Positions 39,163-49,354 of a stretch of 64,000 nucleotides of DNA are shown piece by piece (within the stretch, counting starts at the first letter, position 1; every line of letters starts with the position of its first letter). The translations under genes and the position numbers were made by a program. Source of the DNA: Terriglobia bacterium. Lineage in GTDB: Bacteria; Acidobacteriota; Terriglobia; JAJPHL01; JAPKYU01. The notes beneath the pieces were generated by a model. That model saw nothing but the letters and a program-made list of their open reading frames with translations. It was not told the DNA's origin and did no database searches. The stretch spans positions 896,001 through 960,000 of the forward strand of contig CBDCVK010000010.1 of assembly GCA_965223005.1 (NCBI GenBank). Direction: 5' to 3'.

Positions 39163-42100
39163 CACTGGAGAAGCGGGCTTAGGAGACGGGCGCAGCGGGA
39201 CGGGAATCACTCAGGGTCGCGTGTCGAGGGTCGCCTCGGCGAGGATTCTGCCGACCACGCCGTTCGAAACCTTGCGCAGAATGAAGCGATAGACGTGCCC
39301 GGGCTCGATGAAATCGGCCTGCTGTTCGCCAAAGACGAATCCCGCGAAGAGCACCTCTTCGCCGCCATCTTCGGTGACGAAAACCTGCGCGGCGCTCGTG
39401 TTGGTGGTTGACCAGGTCACCAGGCCCTCGGGAGTCACGCTAATCTCCCCCGTAGACAAATCGCGGACGGGCAGGAAAGTTTGGTTGGCCGAAAGCGAGC
39501 CGACGAACACTATTACCTGAGCGTCATCGCCGTCCTCAAACAGGTTCGCAGCCACCTGCACATTAAACTGCAGCACGCCGACGAAGCCCGGAGCTAGTCC
39601 GGCAAATTGGATGGCAGCGTCTTTTTCCTGGATCGCGACGCTGGCGATGGTGCTAATCAGTGCATCCGCGGGAGAAGCTTCGCCAGTGACTGCCACCGGC
39701 AGGTCCGAGATGGTTCGCAGAACGAAACGATACAGACGCCCTGCCTGGTAGAACCCCGTTTCTTCCCCCTCCGTGCCATCCTCAAACACGGATTCCTGCC
39801 CGCCACCTACGGAAATGTGGACGCGCGCGGCCGTCACGTCGGTGGTGGACCAAGTCACCGTGCCCTCGGAGTCCACCGAAATGTCCCCGGAGGCTCCGTT
39901 GGACACCGTTACAAATGTATCCAGGGAGGCGCTGCCGAGCAGATCGCCCTGCAGGCCTTCGATGAACATCCACAGCGTGAAGTTGTAGTGGTGGCCGGGC
40001 GTGATGAAGTCTGCCTGCTTGGTGCCGGAGAGGCCCGTGGCGAATGACTCGGGCGGCGCGCCGTCCACCGAGACCAGGACGCGGGCGTCCGGGACACCAG
40101 CGGCGGACCAGGTAACCAGGCCCTCCGGGGTCACCTCAATCTGCCCGGAACCTCCGTCCGTGGCTTGCCCGCGCGTGTCCAGCACCGAGATGGCGACGAT
40201 GTCGCCCACGCCGCCGCCGTCGAACGGCCTGAGGATGAAGCGGTAGATGTGCTCGGGCGTGATGAAGTCGGCTGTTTCCGTACCCTCGGCGCCCTCGGCG
40301 AAGAACACTTCCTCGCCCCCATCGGTTGTAGCGAACACCTGGGCGCTTTCGCTGAAGGAAATGGACCAGGTCACCGCTCCGTCGGCGCTTACCCGGAGCT
40401 CGCCTCGGTCGCGGGTATCCAGGATGGCAGTAGCTAACGCGTCGCCCGGCAAGCCCAATACTTGTACGCCAGTGCCATAGAAGACGATTATCCCGCCGGG
40501 CACAAGCGGATGCTCGTCGTCCACGGGGGTGAAATCCGGGTGGAAGGCGAGCAGCCGGCCTATTCCATTTCCGGAAACAGTGAACAAGCCGGTGGTCAGT
40601 TGGTTGAGGCCGACGGGCATGGCGTTGGACAGGATCACTTCTCCTGACTCGGTGCGCTTGCGGATGACCACGCTGGCGTTTCTGCCCTCCGTCTCCCAAG
40701 GGACCTGGAAGTTGATCTGGGTTTGGGAGACAAAGAACAACGGGGCGGGCACGCTGTTGACCAGCACACTAGTGCCTGCCAATTCGCGCGGGAGGGGAAT
40801 CTGCTCAGCTACGGCCGTCTGTGGGGCAAGGTCGCGCCCGAACAGGGCGGCGATGTTGCCGGGCGTCACCTCCAGGCGGGGCCCGCCGAAGTTGATGCGG
40901 GAAATGTCCGGAAGCAAGCTGCTGATTTCCACTAGAAGGTCGGTAGGCTCACCGTTCTCGGGTGTTTCGCCTTCCTCACCTTCCTCGTCTCCCTCGGGCC
41001 CACCGAGCCCTATGGGTTGGAAGTAGACGACCTGACCGCCGGGCGAGCCGCCAACATAAGCGCGATAGTTGGTCGCGTTAGGCACTTCATCGAAGGTCAC
41101 GATCAGCTTGCTGTTCTCCGGCACCGTCACCATGACCTCTTCGGAGGGTATGCTCTCGAAAAGGAGGTCGCTGTTTTCCGCGGTCACCTTGATGTAGTAG
41201 TCGCCCGCGCCAAGGAACCCGTCGGGCTCGACCTCGACGGTGACGCCGGTGGGGCGGCCCAGGCCGTTGCCGGAAAAGCCCGCTGCGCTCAAGACAGAGC
41301 CCTGGTCGAACAGCGGCACTCCCGGCTCGAATTTCACGACGCGTCGGTTAATGCTGTCCGCTACCAGCACGCCCGACTCGGTGGCCGCCAGCGCGACGGG
41401 CAAAGCCAGCACGCCGGCGGTAACCTGATTGGGAAGATCCTCCGGGTCTAAAACACTGAAGAAATCCTTTTGTCCAAGCACCAAATCGGCCGGCGTGCCG
41501 TCGCTGGTGGGAATCTGGTTGAAGACCAGGACCCGGTTGTTGCCCGTGTCGGCAATGAACAGCCTGGTCCCATCGGTTAATGCGTAGCGCGGGAAATTCA
41601 GCGAGGCCGGGCCGGTGCCGGCCGTGTCGGTGGTGAAGTCCGGCTGCCCTACCACCACGTCGGCTGGTGCGTTGTTGCTGGTGGGAATTTGATTGTAGAT
41701 CAGCACGCGGTTGTGTCCCAGGTCGGTGACGATCAGGCGCACTCCGTCGGAGAATACCGCGGTGGGGTCGCGCAGACTGGTGTTGTTGGCCGGCTGATCT
41801 TCAGCGGAGTTGAAGTCGGCTTGCCCCAGCACTACGTCGGCTGGGACCCCACTCAAAGTGGGGACAGAGTTATAGATCAGCACGCGGTGGTTAAACGTAT
41901 CCGCCACGAACATTTGCTGCCCGTCCAGGAACACGCCGTTGGGCCCGCGCATGCTGGTCTCATCGGTATTGGCGGCTGCGCTTTCGAAATCGCTCTGGCC
42001 GACGACCACATCGGCGACGGCCCCGTTGGCCGTGGGGATGTTGTTGAACAACAGCACACGGTTGTTTCCCCAGTCAGCGACGGCTAGGTGCTGCCCGTCG

Positions 42101-42242
42101 CTGCTGATCCCCACCGGCCGGTTCAGGGAACTCTGGGAAAGCCCCGGGTCGGTCTGGCCGAAGTCCGGCTGTCCGATGACAACGCTGGCCGAAGCTCCCA
42201 GCGTCAGTTGTGAAAGGTTGTCGAAGACCAGGATTCGATTGT

Positions 42243-42807
42243 TGGTGGGCGCGGTAAACGGTAGGCTGCCATCGCACACAATCAGTCGGTCGCCGGCTAC
42301 CGCCAGGCCAGTGACCGAGCCGGCCGAATCGGCGGCAGTGCCGGGAGTGCTCGAGCTGAAATTCCTCTGGCCGATGACGGCGACGGCAGCTTGACCGGTA
42401 ACGTAGCGGCTGCTGTCGGTGGTCTGGTGGGCGCGGTAAACGGTAGGCTGCCATCGCACACAATCAGTCGGTCGCCGGCTACCGCCAGGCCAGTGACCGA
42501 GCCGGCACTGAAAAAGTCCCTGGGCGACCTCTTACGAACAAAATATAAATGAGTATAATTGTTCTCATTATGCGAGGACACGATCTGCACCAAGACGCGA
42601 TGTTCAGCTACCTGAGCCCCGAGCAACGGGTGCCCCAGGATCATCCGTTGCGGCCAGTGACCGACCGCACTGCAACGGCTTTCGCCGCGGTTCGAGCGGA
42701 TGTATGCCGAATCGGCGGCAGTGCCGGGAGTGCTCGAGCTGAAATTCCTCTGGCCGATGACGGCGACGGCAGCTTGACCGGTAACGTAGCGGCTGCTGTC
42801 GGTGGTC
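42243..42807. repeat. 182-bp tandem duplication; second copy interrupted by a 201-bp IS fragment
   Basis: 42243-42424 matches 42425-42506 plus 42708-42807. Confidence 0.92.
42507..42707 (+). mobile_element. IS5-family (IS5/IS1182-like) left-end fragment
   Basis: CTGAAAAAGTCC end and TATAAT. ATG 42570 gives MRGHDLHQDAMFSYLSPEQRVPQDHPLRP, then after a frameshift ALQRLSPRFERMYA, a typical transposase N-terminus. Confidence 0.85.
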
Positions 42808-43173
42808 TCTTGCGCCAGCACGGTCGGGGCCGGCAGAGCCGGCAAAGGCAAGGAGGCCAAGCTGAGAGCCGACAAGCCGACTACTAGGCCAACCAGGGCA
42901 AGTACGCGGGACACTAGACTGACCGTGCTCCTGGAACGAGTTGCAAAAACTACCAAGCATTACTATCTTAACGCGAACCTCTACGATCGGGGCCGGCCCG
43001 CCGCGGGTTGCGCCGCCTCTGGGAAAGGCAAAAGACAAGGCCCCAAAGGGCCAATAGCGAGGTTCACTACGAACCGAACGGCTCAAAGAAAATTCCCACA
43101 GGATAAAACGATGCCCTAGAGCGGCCGTCCCGAAAGGCCTCCATGGCAGCATGATAGAATTTCCCATCCACAT

Positions 43174-46100
43174 ATGACGGTTGTCCTACGCTGGGTCACG
43201 TGCTCTGTTCTGGTCCTGTTCCACGTCTTGGCTGGGGGCCCGGCGGCTTTCACTGCAAACGGTAGCGACGCTGCGGGAGAGCGAGGGTATCGTTGTGGCA
43301 CCAGCGACTGGGGCGTGCTGAACTCCCTGGGCCGCGAAGCGCTTCGAAAACTGCAACTGCGGCGCCAGGGGCACTTTCAGACCCTCGCTCGGCAGCAGAC
43401 GGCTTCCGCCGATGTAGGCGACATCGCAGTCCTCGACGACGATGGCACATTGCTGGTGCAGGCGAATTCGTTTGACCTGGCGAACCGCAGCATGCGGTTC
43501 ACCCCTGCCGGTGCCGGCTTCCTGGTCGCCGCTGGGGACGCAGCGCTGGATACGGCGGCAGCCGCAGCCGGCACGGTGCTCACGCTGGCCGACGATGATA
43601 CTCGCGAGATCCCCCTGGGCTTTCCCTTCACCTTCTACGGAAACACTTATGCGTCGGTCTTCGTCAACTCGGACGGCAACCTGACCTTTACCGGAGGTGA
43701 CGTGGCGACCACGCCGCGCGACCTGAGCCGTTTCCTGACGGGAGTCCCGCGTATCGCGCCATTCTTTGATGACCTGAATCCGGCCGAGGGCGGCCAAGTG
43801 ACCTATAGCGCCGAAGCGGGCCGGTTCGTGGTGAGCTGGACCGATGTCCCGGAGTGTTGCCTGCCGGCGATCACACCGAAGTCCACGTTCCAAGTGTCGC
43901 TGTTCCCGGACGGCGGTGTGGAGTTTGCTTATGGGACTGTGAGCGCCAACGATGCGGTGGTGGGCATCTCACCGGGAGCCTTCACGGGCGCCGCCGAGAT
44001 CGTGGACCTTTCCGCCACCGACGGCACCGAGACGATTGAGCTGCCAATTGCCGAAGTGTTTTCGTCCCGGACCCTGCTCAGCGAGGTGGCGGTGGCCCAC
44101 CGCTTCTATACCACCCACGAAGACGCTTACGACTTCCTGGTCATGTGGACTAACTTCCCCTCGGACCTCGGCCAGAACGTGTTTGCTTTTGCCCTGAACA
44201 TTGTCAACGGCACGTCCGGCATTGGCCGGCCCAATTTTGACTTTGCCGAAGCCCTGGGCAGCGAAGGACGCCTCTCCACCCTGGTCATGATGGGTGACCT
44301 GGACAAGTATCCGGCCGATCCAACGCAGGTGATTCAGAGTGTACCGCCGAACAACACTCTGAGCGTGCTGGGGCAGGAGGCGGGGCATCGCTGGCTGGTC
44401 CACTTCCGCTACCCTTTCCTCACGGACCCGGGCAGCACCATCCTGTTGGGTCACGACTTGGCGCACTGGAGCTTCTTCTTTAATTCAGAAGCGTCGGTGG
44501 TGGAAGGTAACGAAATCCGGGATAATGGCGACGGTACCTTCACGACCGCCGATGCTGTCCGCCGCTACGGCTCCTTTGACCAGTATGCGATGGGACTGCT
44601 TGCTGCAGGGGAAGTCCCGCCAAGCTTCGTGGTGCCGGATCCGGACCGGCCCGCTTTTGGCCATCGTCCCGAGATTGGGGTCACCTTCGGTGGCACGCGG
44701 CTGGATGTGACCGTAGAAAAGCTGATCGAGGCCAACGGCAGCCGCCTGCCGACCGCTGTTGTGGATCAGAAGAATTTTAGTTTTGCTTTCATCCTGATCA
44801 ACGCCCGAGGCAGCACGGCCACCGCTGAGCAGATCGCCAGGCTGGAGACCCATCGGCAACAGTGGGAACAGTTCTGGGCCGAAGCCACCGGCGGGCGGTC
44901 GCAGGCCAACACGCGGCTGGTGCAAGCACTTTCCTTCGGCGGGCTGCCAGCCGCTGTCGCACCCGGGGCGCAGGCCACCCTAAGCCTGCGGACCGGCAGT
45001 CCGGCGGATGAGTTGCGGACCTTCACCCTAGCCAGCTTGGCTCCCGGCGTGGCTTCCGTGCCTGCGTCGGTCACTATTCCCGCAGGCATGCGCGAAGTCG
45101 AGTTCCAGGCAATCGCTGCCGCGGCCGGGGTGGCGCGTATCACTGCCGCGGCGCCGGGCTTCGAAACCGCTGAGGGCGCCCTCTCGGTGGCCGAGCCAGC
45201 CGCGGTGGAGTTGGCCGCCATTTCCGGTGGCGGGCAGGTGGGACCCCCGAGGGCAATCCTGGCACAACCGCTGGTGGTTGAGGCGCGCGAGTCCAACGCG
45301 CTGCCGGTGGCCGGAGCCGAGGTGGGTTTCTCGGCCACCGGCGGCGCCATCGTTACACCCGCCGTGGTCACCACCGATGTCGGCGGGCGGGTGCAGACCA
45401 GTGTGACTTTAGGACCCTCGGTGGGAACCCTGACGGTCACCGCTTCCTTGGTTGGCCTCGACGAAGTGCGGGCTACGTTCACCGCGACCGCTCTCACTCA
45501 GCCGCAGGTGCCGGAAGGCTCGGCGGTGAACGGCGCCAGCTTTGCCCAAACACCCACTCCGGTCAGCCCGGGCTCCGTCATCTCTATTTTCGGCACCAGC
45601 CTTGCGCCGGAAACGCAGCAAGCCACCTCACTGCCCCTGCCCACAACGCTGGGAAACGTCACCGTGCGGATCAATGAGATTTCGGCGCCCCTGTTTTTTG
45701 TCTCGCCGGGACAGGTGAACGCACAGGTACCCTTTGCGATTTCCGGAAGTACCGCCACCGTTACGGTGGACAATGGCACCTTGCCCAGCGCCTCGATTAC
45801 GCTTGGCATCGCTCCGGCTGCACCGGGCATTTTTACACTGTCGCAAGACGGCACCGGGCCAGGCGCAGTGCTGCATCCGGACGGCTCGCTGGTCAGCGTA
45901 ACTTCACCTGCCAAGGTGGACGAAGTGGTGGCGATCTTTTGTAGTGGCCTGGGGAGTGTGACGCCAGCGGTGGAAAGCGGGCAGCCGGCCCCACTCTTCC
46001 CAGCAGCCACTACCTTAACCACGCCGCAGATCACCATTGGAGGCGAGCTGGCTGAAGTCGTGTTTTCCGGGTTGGCGCCGGGCTTTGCCGGGCTCTACCA

Positions 46101-46200
46101 AGTGAACGCCCGCGTTCCCGCTGGCCTCGAGGCCGGCGCGCAGCCGATGGTGATTACCAGCGGCCTCAGCAGCAACTCCGTGACCCTGGCGGTCGAATGA
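43174..46200 (+). CDS. Secreted multidomain protein: NIDO-like domain, metallopeptidase-like domain, Ig-like domains, TIGR03437-like C-terminus
   Basis: FPFTFYG..VNSDG..IAPFFDDL (NIDO-like), QEAGHRW..HDLAHWS..YAMGL, and VFSGLAPGFAGLYQVN. Confidence 0.8.
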   Translation: MTVVLRWVTCSVLVLFHVLAGGPAAFTANGSDAAGERGYRCGTSDWGVLNSLGREALRKLQLRRQGHFQTLARQQTASADVGDIAVLDDDGTLLVQANSFDLANRSMRFTPAGAGFLVAAGDAALDTAAAAAGTVLTLADDDTREIPLGFPFTFYGNTYASVFVNSDGNLTFTGGDVATTPRDLSRFLTGVPRIAPFFDDLNPAEGGQVTYSAEAGRFVVSWTDVPECCLPAITPKSTFQVSLFPDGGVEFAYGTVSANDAVVGISPGAFTGAAEIVDLSATDGTETIELPIAEVFSSRTLLSEVAVAHRFYTTHEDAYDFLVMWTNFPSDLGQNVFAFALNIVNGTSGIGRPNFDFAEALGSEGRLSTLVMMGDLDKYPADPTQVIQSVPPNNTLSVLGQEAGHRWLVHFRYPFLTDPGSTILLGHDLAHWSFFFNSEASVVEGNEIRDNGDGTFTTADAVRRYGSFDQYAMGLLAAGEVPPSFVVPDPDRPAFGHRPEIGVTFGGTRLDVTVEKLIEANGSRLPTAVVDQKNFSFAFILINARGSTATAEQIARLETHRQQWEQFWAEATGGRSQANTRLVQALSFGGLPAAVAPGAQATLSLRTGSPADELRTFTLASLAPGVASVPASVTIPAGMREVEFQAIAAAAGVARITAAAPGFETAEGALSVAEPAAVELAAISGGGQVGPPRAILAQPLVVEARESNALPVAGAEVGFSATGGAIVTPAVVTTDVGGRVQTSVTLGPSVGTLTVTASLVGLDEVRATFTATALTQPQVPEGSAVNGASFAQTPTPVSPGSVISIFGTSLAPETQQATSLPLPTTLGNVTVRINEISAPLFFVSPGQVNAQVPFAISGSTATVTVDNGTLPSASITLGIAPAAPGIFTLSQDGTGPGAVLHPDGSLVSVTSPAKVDEVVAIFCSGLGSVTPAVESGQPAPLFPAATTLTTPQITIGGELAEVVFSGLAPGFAGLYQVNARVPAGLEAGAQPMVITSGLSSNSVTLAVE

Positions 46201-46931
46201 ACCCGACGAAGCTCAGATTCCTGGCGATTACTGCGCATCCCGACGATGAAACCGGCTCGTTCGGCGGCACGCTGGCTCTCTATGCCGCTCGCGGGGTTGC
46301 TATAGAGGTGGTGTGCGCCACTCGCGGCGAAGCCGGGCGCAACCGAGGCTCGGCCCGTACGCGCGAAGAACTTGCCGAGATGCGAATCCGGGAGTTCCAT
46401 CAGGCCTGCGAACTGCTGGGCGTTTCCTGGCACGAGATCTGGGACTACCCCGATGGGGGGCTGAACCGCGTCGGCTTCCTCGATCTGGGTCTGCGGCTGT
46501 GCCAGGTGATCCGCCAGCGAAGGCCTGCTGTGGTGTTAACTCTGGGGCCGGAAGGCGGTTTCACCGGCCATCGGGACCACGCGGCGATTTCCCACTTTGC
46601 CATCTTCGCCTTCCATGCAGCCGGACGCCAGGAGCTTTTCCCGGAAACAGGCCGGCCGCACCAGCCTCAGCGTCTTTACTACGCCACTGGGCCCAAATCC
46701 CTCGCCGGCTATCCCCAGGTCTGTTTTTCTCCGGTGACTGTCGAGATCGATATTTCGGAAACGTTCCAGCGCAAGCTCGAAGCCTTCCAGTGCCACCACA
46801 CCCAGGCACCGCTGTTTCCCCGCTTTCGTGCAGTTGTTCAGCAGGTTGGTCCCCGGGAATGGTTCCACTTGGCGGCCGCGAATGCTGCTTTGCCGCCAGG
46901 GATGGACCGCGACTTGTCCGTCGGACTCTAG
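46197..46931 (+). CDS. PIG-L/LmbE family deacetylase
   Basis: AHPDDE, TRGEAG, R..E, GHRDH and HHTQ motifs. Confidence 0.93.
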   Translation: MNPTKLRFLAITAHPDDETGSFGGTLALYAARGVAIEVVCATRGEAGRNRGSARTREELAEMRIREFHQACELLGVSWHEIWDYPDGGLNRVGFLDLGLRLCQVIRQRRPAVVLTLGPEGGFTGHRDHAAISHFAIFAFHAAGRQELFPETGRPHQPQRLYYATGPKSLAGYPQVCFSPVTVEIDISETFQRKLEAFQCHHTQAPLFPRFRAVVQQVGPREWFHLAAANAALPPGMDRDLSVGL

Positions 46932-46955
46932 CCAGACTCTAGCCGGAACGGGGGT

Positions 46956-48176
46956 GTGACTCCCCTGGCGCTTCCTGCTATCCTGCTACCTCTTCCTATG
47001 GCCTTCGACCCTATGGCGTTCGACAAAGTTCGGCTTGACGGACCAGAAAGGGCAAGCGGCTTGCCTGGAGTGCTCTTGTTGTTCTTGCTTCTGTTGCCCG
47101 TCGAATGGGCGGCTGGCGCGCCGGCCGCGCGGGCTGAGGACGAGGTGTATGTCTATGACTTGTTCGTCGAGGGAGCCAATTGCGGAACCGTGCTGGCTCG
47201 CTTGAAGCAACTTCCCCTGCGGCCCACGCTCATCCTGAGTGTCGAGCAAGGAAAGCGATTCTTGCTGGACGATCCCGCGGGCGATCAGCTGCTGGCCTGC
47301 GTCCTGGACCATCTGCGCGGCTCCGACCGCACGGTGAAGGCGATGCTGCTGCAGGACCCCTCGTTTACCGAGCGCACCGGGGAGGCCGTGAGGCGCGCCG
47401 CGCGGCTCGGGCAGTTCGTGAAGCGGCATCCCGGCCAGCTGGCAGGCGCGCACATAGACGTGGAGCCCTACACCACCGAAGACTGGAAATGCGGTGATGC
47501 CGAGGAGCGCGGGCGCCTGGTGCAGGAGCTGCTTCAGTTGTTGAACCTGGTTCGCCAGCAACTCCGCGGGCTGCCGCTGGGCGCGGCCGTCCCTTGGTGG
47601 TTCCCGCGGATCAGCGACGAGGTTCCCGAAGCCGCTCCCGAAGCCCTATTCAGCGTAGCGGACGAGATTTATCTAATGACCTACGGGGACAAAGGGGGAC
47701 CGGTGGTGGGCGGTACGGCTAACCGAGTGCTGCGGCGCGTGGACGCCCCGGAATTTTTCTCCGGCACCGGGCGCATGTACATCGCCCTGGCCAGTTACGA
47801 GTTTCCCTCGGCGGCCGACCTGGAGAGAACAGTGGGAACTGTACACCAGCGCCTGGACAGGCACGCGAATTTCGCCGGCACCGCCGTTTTCCACGCCGCC
47901 TCCGTCTTCAAGGCCCCTTTGCTGCGGCTGGTATCCGGCCAGGTGGTGGACGAAGCCGGAGAGGGCGTGGCTGGCGTCAACATCGATGCCGGCGAAATCC
48001 GAAAACGCTCCAACAAGTGCGGGAAGTTCGTGCTGCGTGGCGTGCCGGAGGGGCAGGCGGAGCTGATCCTGGAAAAGGAGGGCTTCCGCACTCGGAAGCT
48101 TCCCATCCGCCTTGCCGCTCCCGGCCGCATCCGAGACCTGGGAAACATCGTCCTGGAAAAGAGCCCCGGCTTTTAG
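46956..48176 (+). CDS. Hypothetical protein with TIM-barrel-like domain and C-terminal carboxypeptidase-regulatory-like domain
   Basis: HIDVEPY, WWF and YLMTY motifs; C-terminal VSGQVVDEAG...GKFVL..VP.G..L...KEGF. Start uncertain. Confidence 0.6.
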   Translation: MTPLALPAILLPLPMAFDPMAFDKVRLDGPERASGLPGVLLLFLLLLPVEWAAGAPAARAEDEVYVYDLFVEGANCGTVLARLKQLPLRPTLILSVEQGKRFLLDDPAGDQLLACVLDHLRGSDRTVKAMLLQDPSFTERTGEAVRRAARLGQFVKRHPGQLAGAHIDVEPYTTEDWKCGDAEERGRLVQELLQLLNLVRQQLRGLPLGAAVPWWFPRISDEVPEAAPEALFSVADEIYLMTYGDKGGPVVGGTANRVLRRVDAPEFFSGTGRMYIALASYEFPSAADLERTVGTVHQRLDRHANFAGTAVFHAASVFKAPLLRLVSGQVVDEAGEGVAGVNIDAGEIRKRSNKCGKFVLRGVPEGQAELILEKEGFRTRKLPIRLAAPGRIRDLGNIVLEKSPGF

Positions 48177-48196
48177 TTGATATTTGACCTGCTCTT

Positions 48197-49306
48197 ATGC
48201 TGCTAGCAGCTTTGCGTCGGGCCGCAGGTTCCTTGAGAACCCGAGTGGCTCGGCTTGGCCGGGGCCTAACTGTCTCCGTGTCAGATAAACTCGCCCTTCC
48301 GGAAAACGACTCCACCTACAGGAAGCGCCTTCACAGGGAAATCGAGCGCTACAAGGCAGACGAAAACGTTCACGACCTGCCAGAAATCTTTCACTTCTGG
48401 TCGAACAAGTATATCCGACCGAAAATAGAGGAAGTTATTGGTGTGTCTGGCTTTGAAGAATTTTATGCGAAATACATCTCCCAGTATGCATCCGATCATC
48501 CGGGTGAACCCATCGAGATCGCTAGCCTCGGAGCAGGTAATGCTGACATGGAAGTCGGAATAGCGCAGGCCCTGCGAAACCGTGGCCTTATGAACTTCCG
48601 CATCCGCTGTCTGGACATTAATCCAAGCATGCTGGGCCGCGGACGGGAACTTGCATTGCAATCGCACCTTGCGGATCGATTTGAATTTCTCGAGGTCGAC
48701 CTTGCCCGCTGGCGTGCAGAGTGCCCTATGGCAGTGGTGATTGCACACCACAGTCTGCACCACATCGTAACACTGGAAGAAGTTTTCCAAAACATCCAGG
48801 AGGCAATCGGCAACAGCGGCTATTTCCTTACATGCGACATGATCGGCCGCAACGGCCACATGCGCTGGCCAGAGGCCCTAACCGTCATCCACGAGATCTG
48901 GCGGACCATGCCGGACCGATATAAATACAACCATCAGTTGCGGCGTTTTGAGACGATGTTAGACAATTGGGACTGTTCCACGGAAGGGTTTGAAGGTATT
49001 CGATCTCAAGATATTCTTCCTCTGTTGGTAAAGAAGTTTCACTTTGAGGCGTTTGTAGCGTATGGAAACTTGCCAGACATTTTCGTGGACCGCGGGTTTG
49101 GCCACAATTTCGATGTTGCAAATCCGGAAGATACTGACTTTATTGATCGTATTGGAGCATTGAACGACCGGCAGATTAGCGATGGCCTAATCAAGCCGAC
49201 ACAGATGGTTGCGGTCATGCGCGCTTGCCCAACGATGGCTGCCAGATGCTATAAGCATTGGCTCCCACAATTCTGTATCCGTCCGGTGTCGGCAATAGCA
49301 TCCTGA
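48197..49306 (+). CDS. Class I SAM-dependent methyltransferase
   Basis: SLGAGN motif I, LDIN and HHSLHH. Visibly lower GC than its neighbours. Confidence 0.8.
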   Translation: MLLAALRRAAGSLRTRVARLGRGLTVSVSDKLALPENDSTYRKRLHREIERYKADENVHDLPEIFHFWSNKYIRPKIEEVIGVSGFEEFYAKYISQYASDHPGEPIEIASLGAGNADMEVGIAQALRNRGLMNFRIRCLDINPSMLGRGRELALQSHLADRFEFLEVDLARWRAECPMAVVIAHHSLHHIVTLEEVFQNIQEAIGNSGYFLTCDMIGRNGHMRWPEALTVIHEIWRTMPDRYKYNHQLRRFETMLDNWDCSTEGFEGIRSQDILPLLVKKFHFEAFVAYGNLPDIFVDRGFGHNFDVANPEDTDFIDRIGALNDRQISDGLIKPTQMVAVMRACPTMAARCYKHWLPQFCIRPVSAIAS

Positions 49307-49354
49307 TTGCATGCTCAGAGCGGTACTAGCGTCAAACGATGATCGCCCCGCGGT

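Larger units (their letters stand above)
39211..42956 (-). pseudogene. NHL-like repeat/TIGR03437-like surface protein, split in this assembly by a duplication plus IS fragment
   Basis: Signal peptide in ORF 42297-42956; body in ORF 39211-42459 with ADxVxGQxDF repeats. Removing 42425-42807 (383 bp) restores a single 1121-codon frame. Confidence 0.8.
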
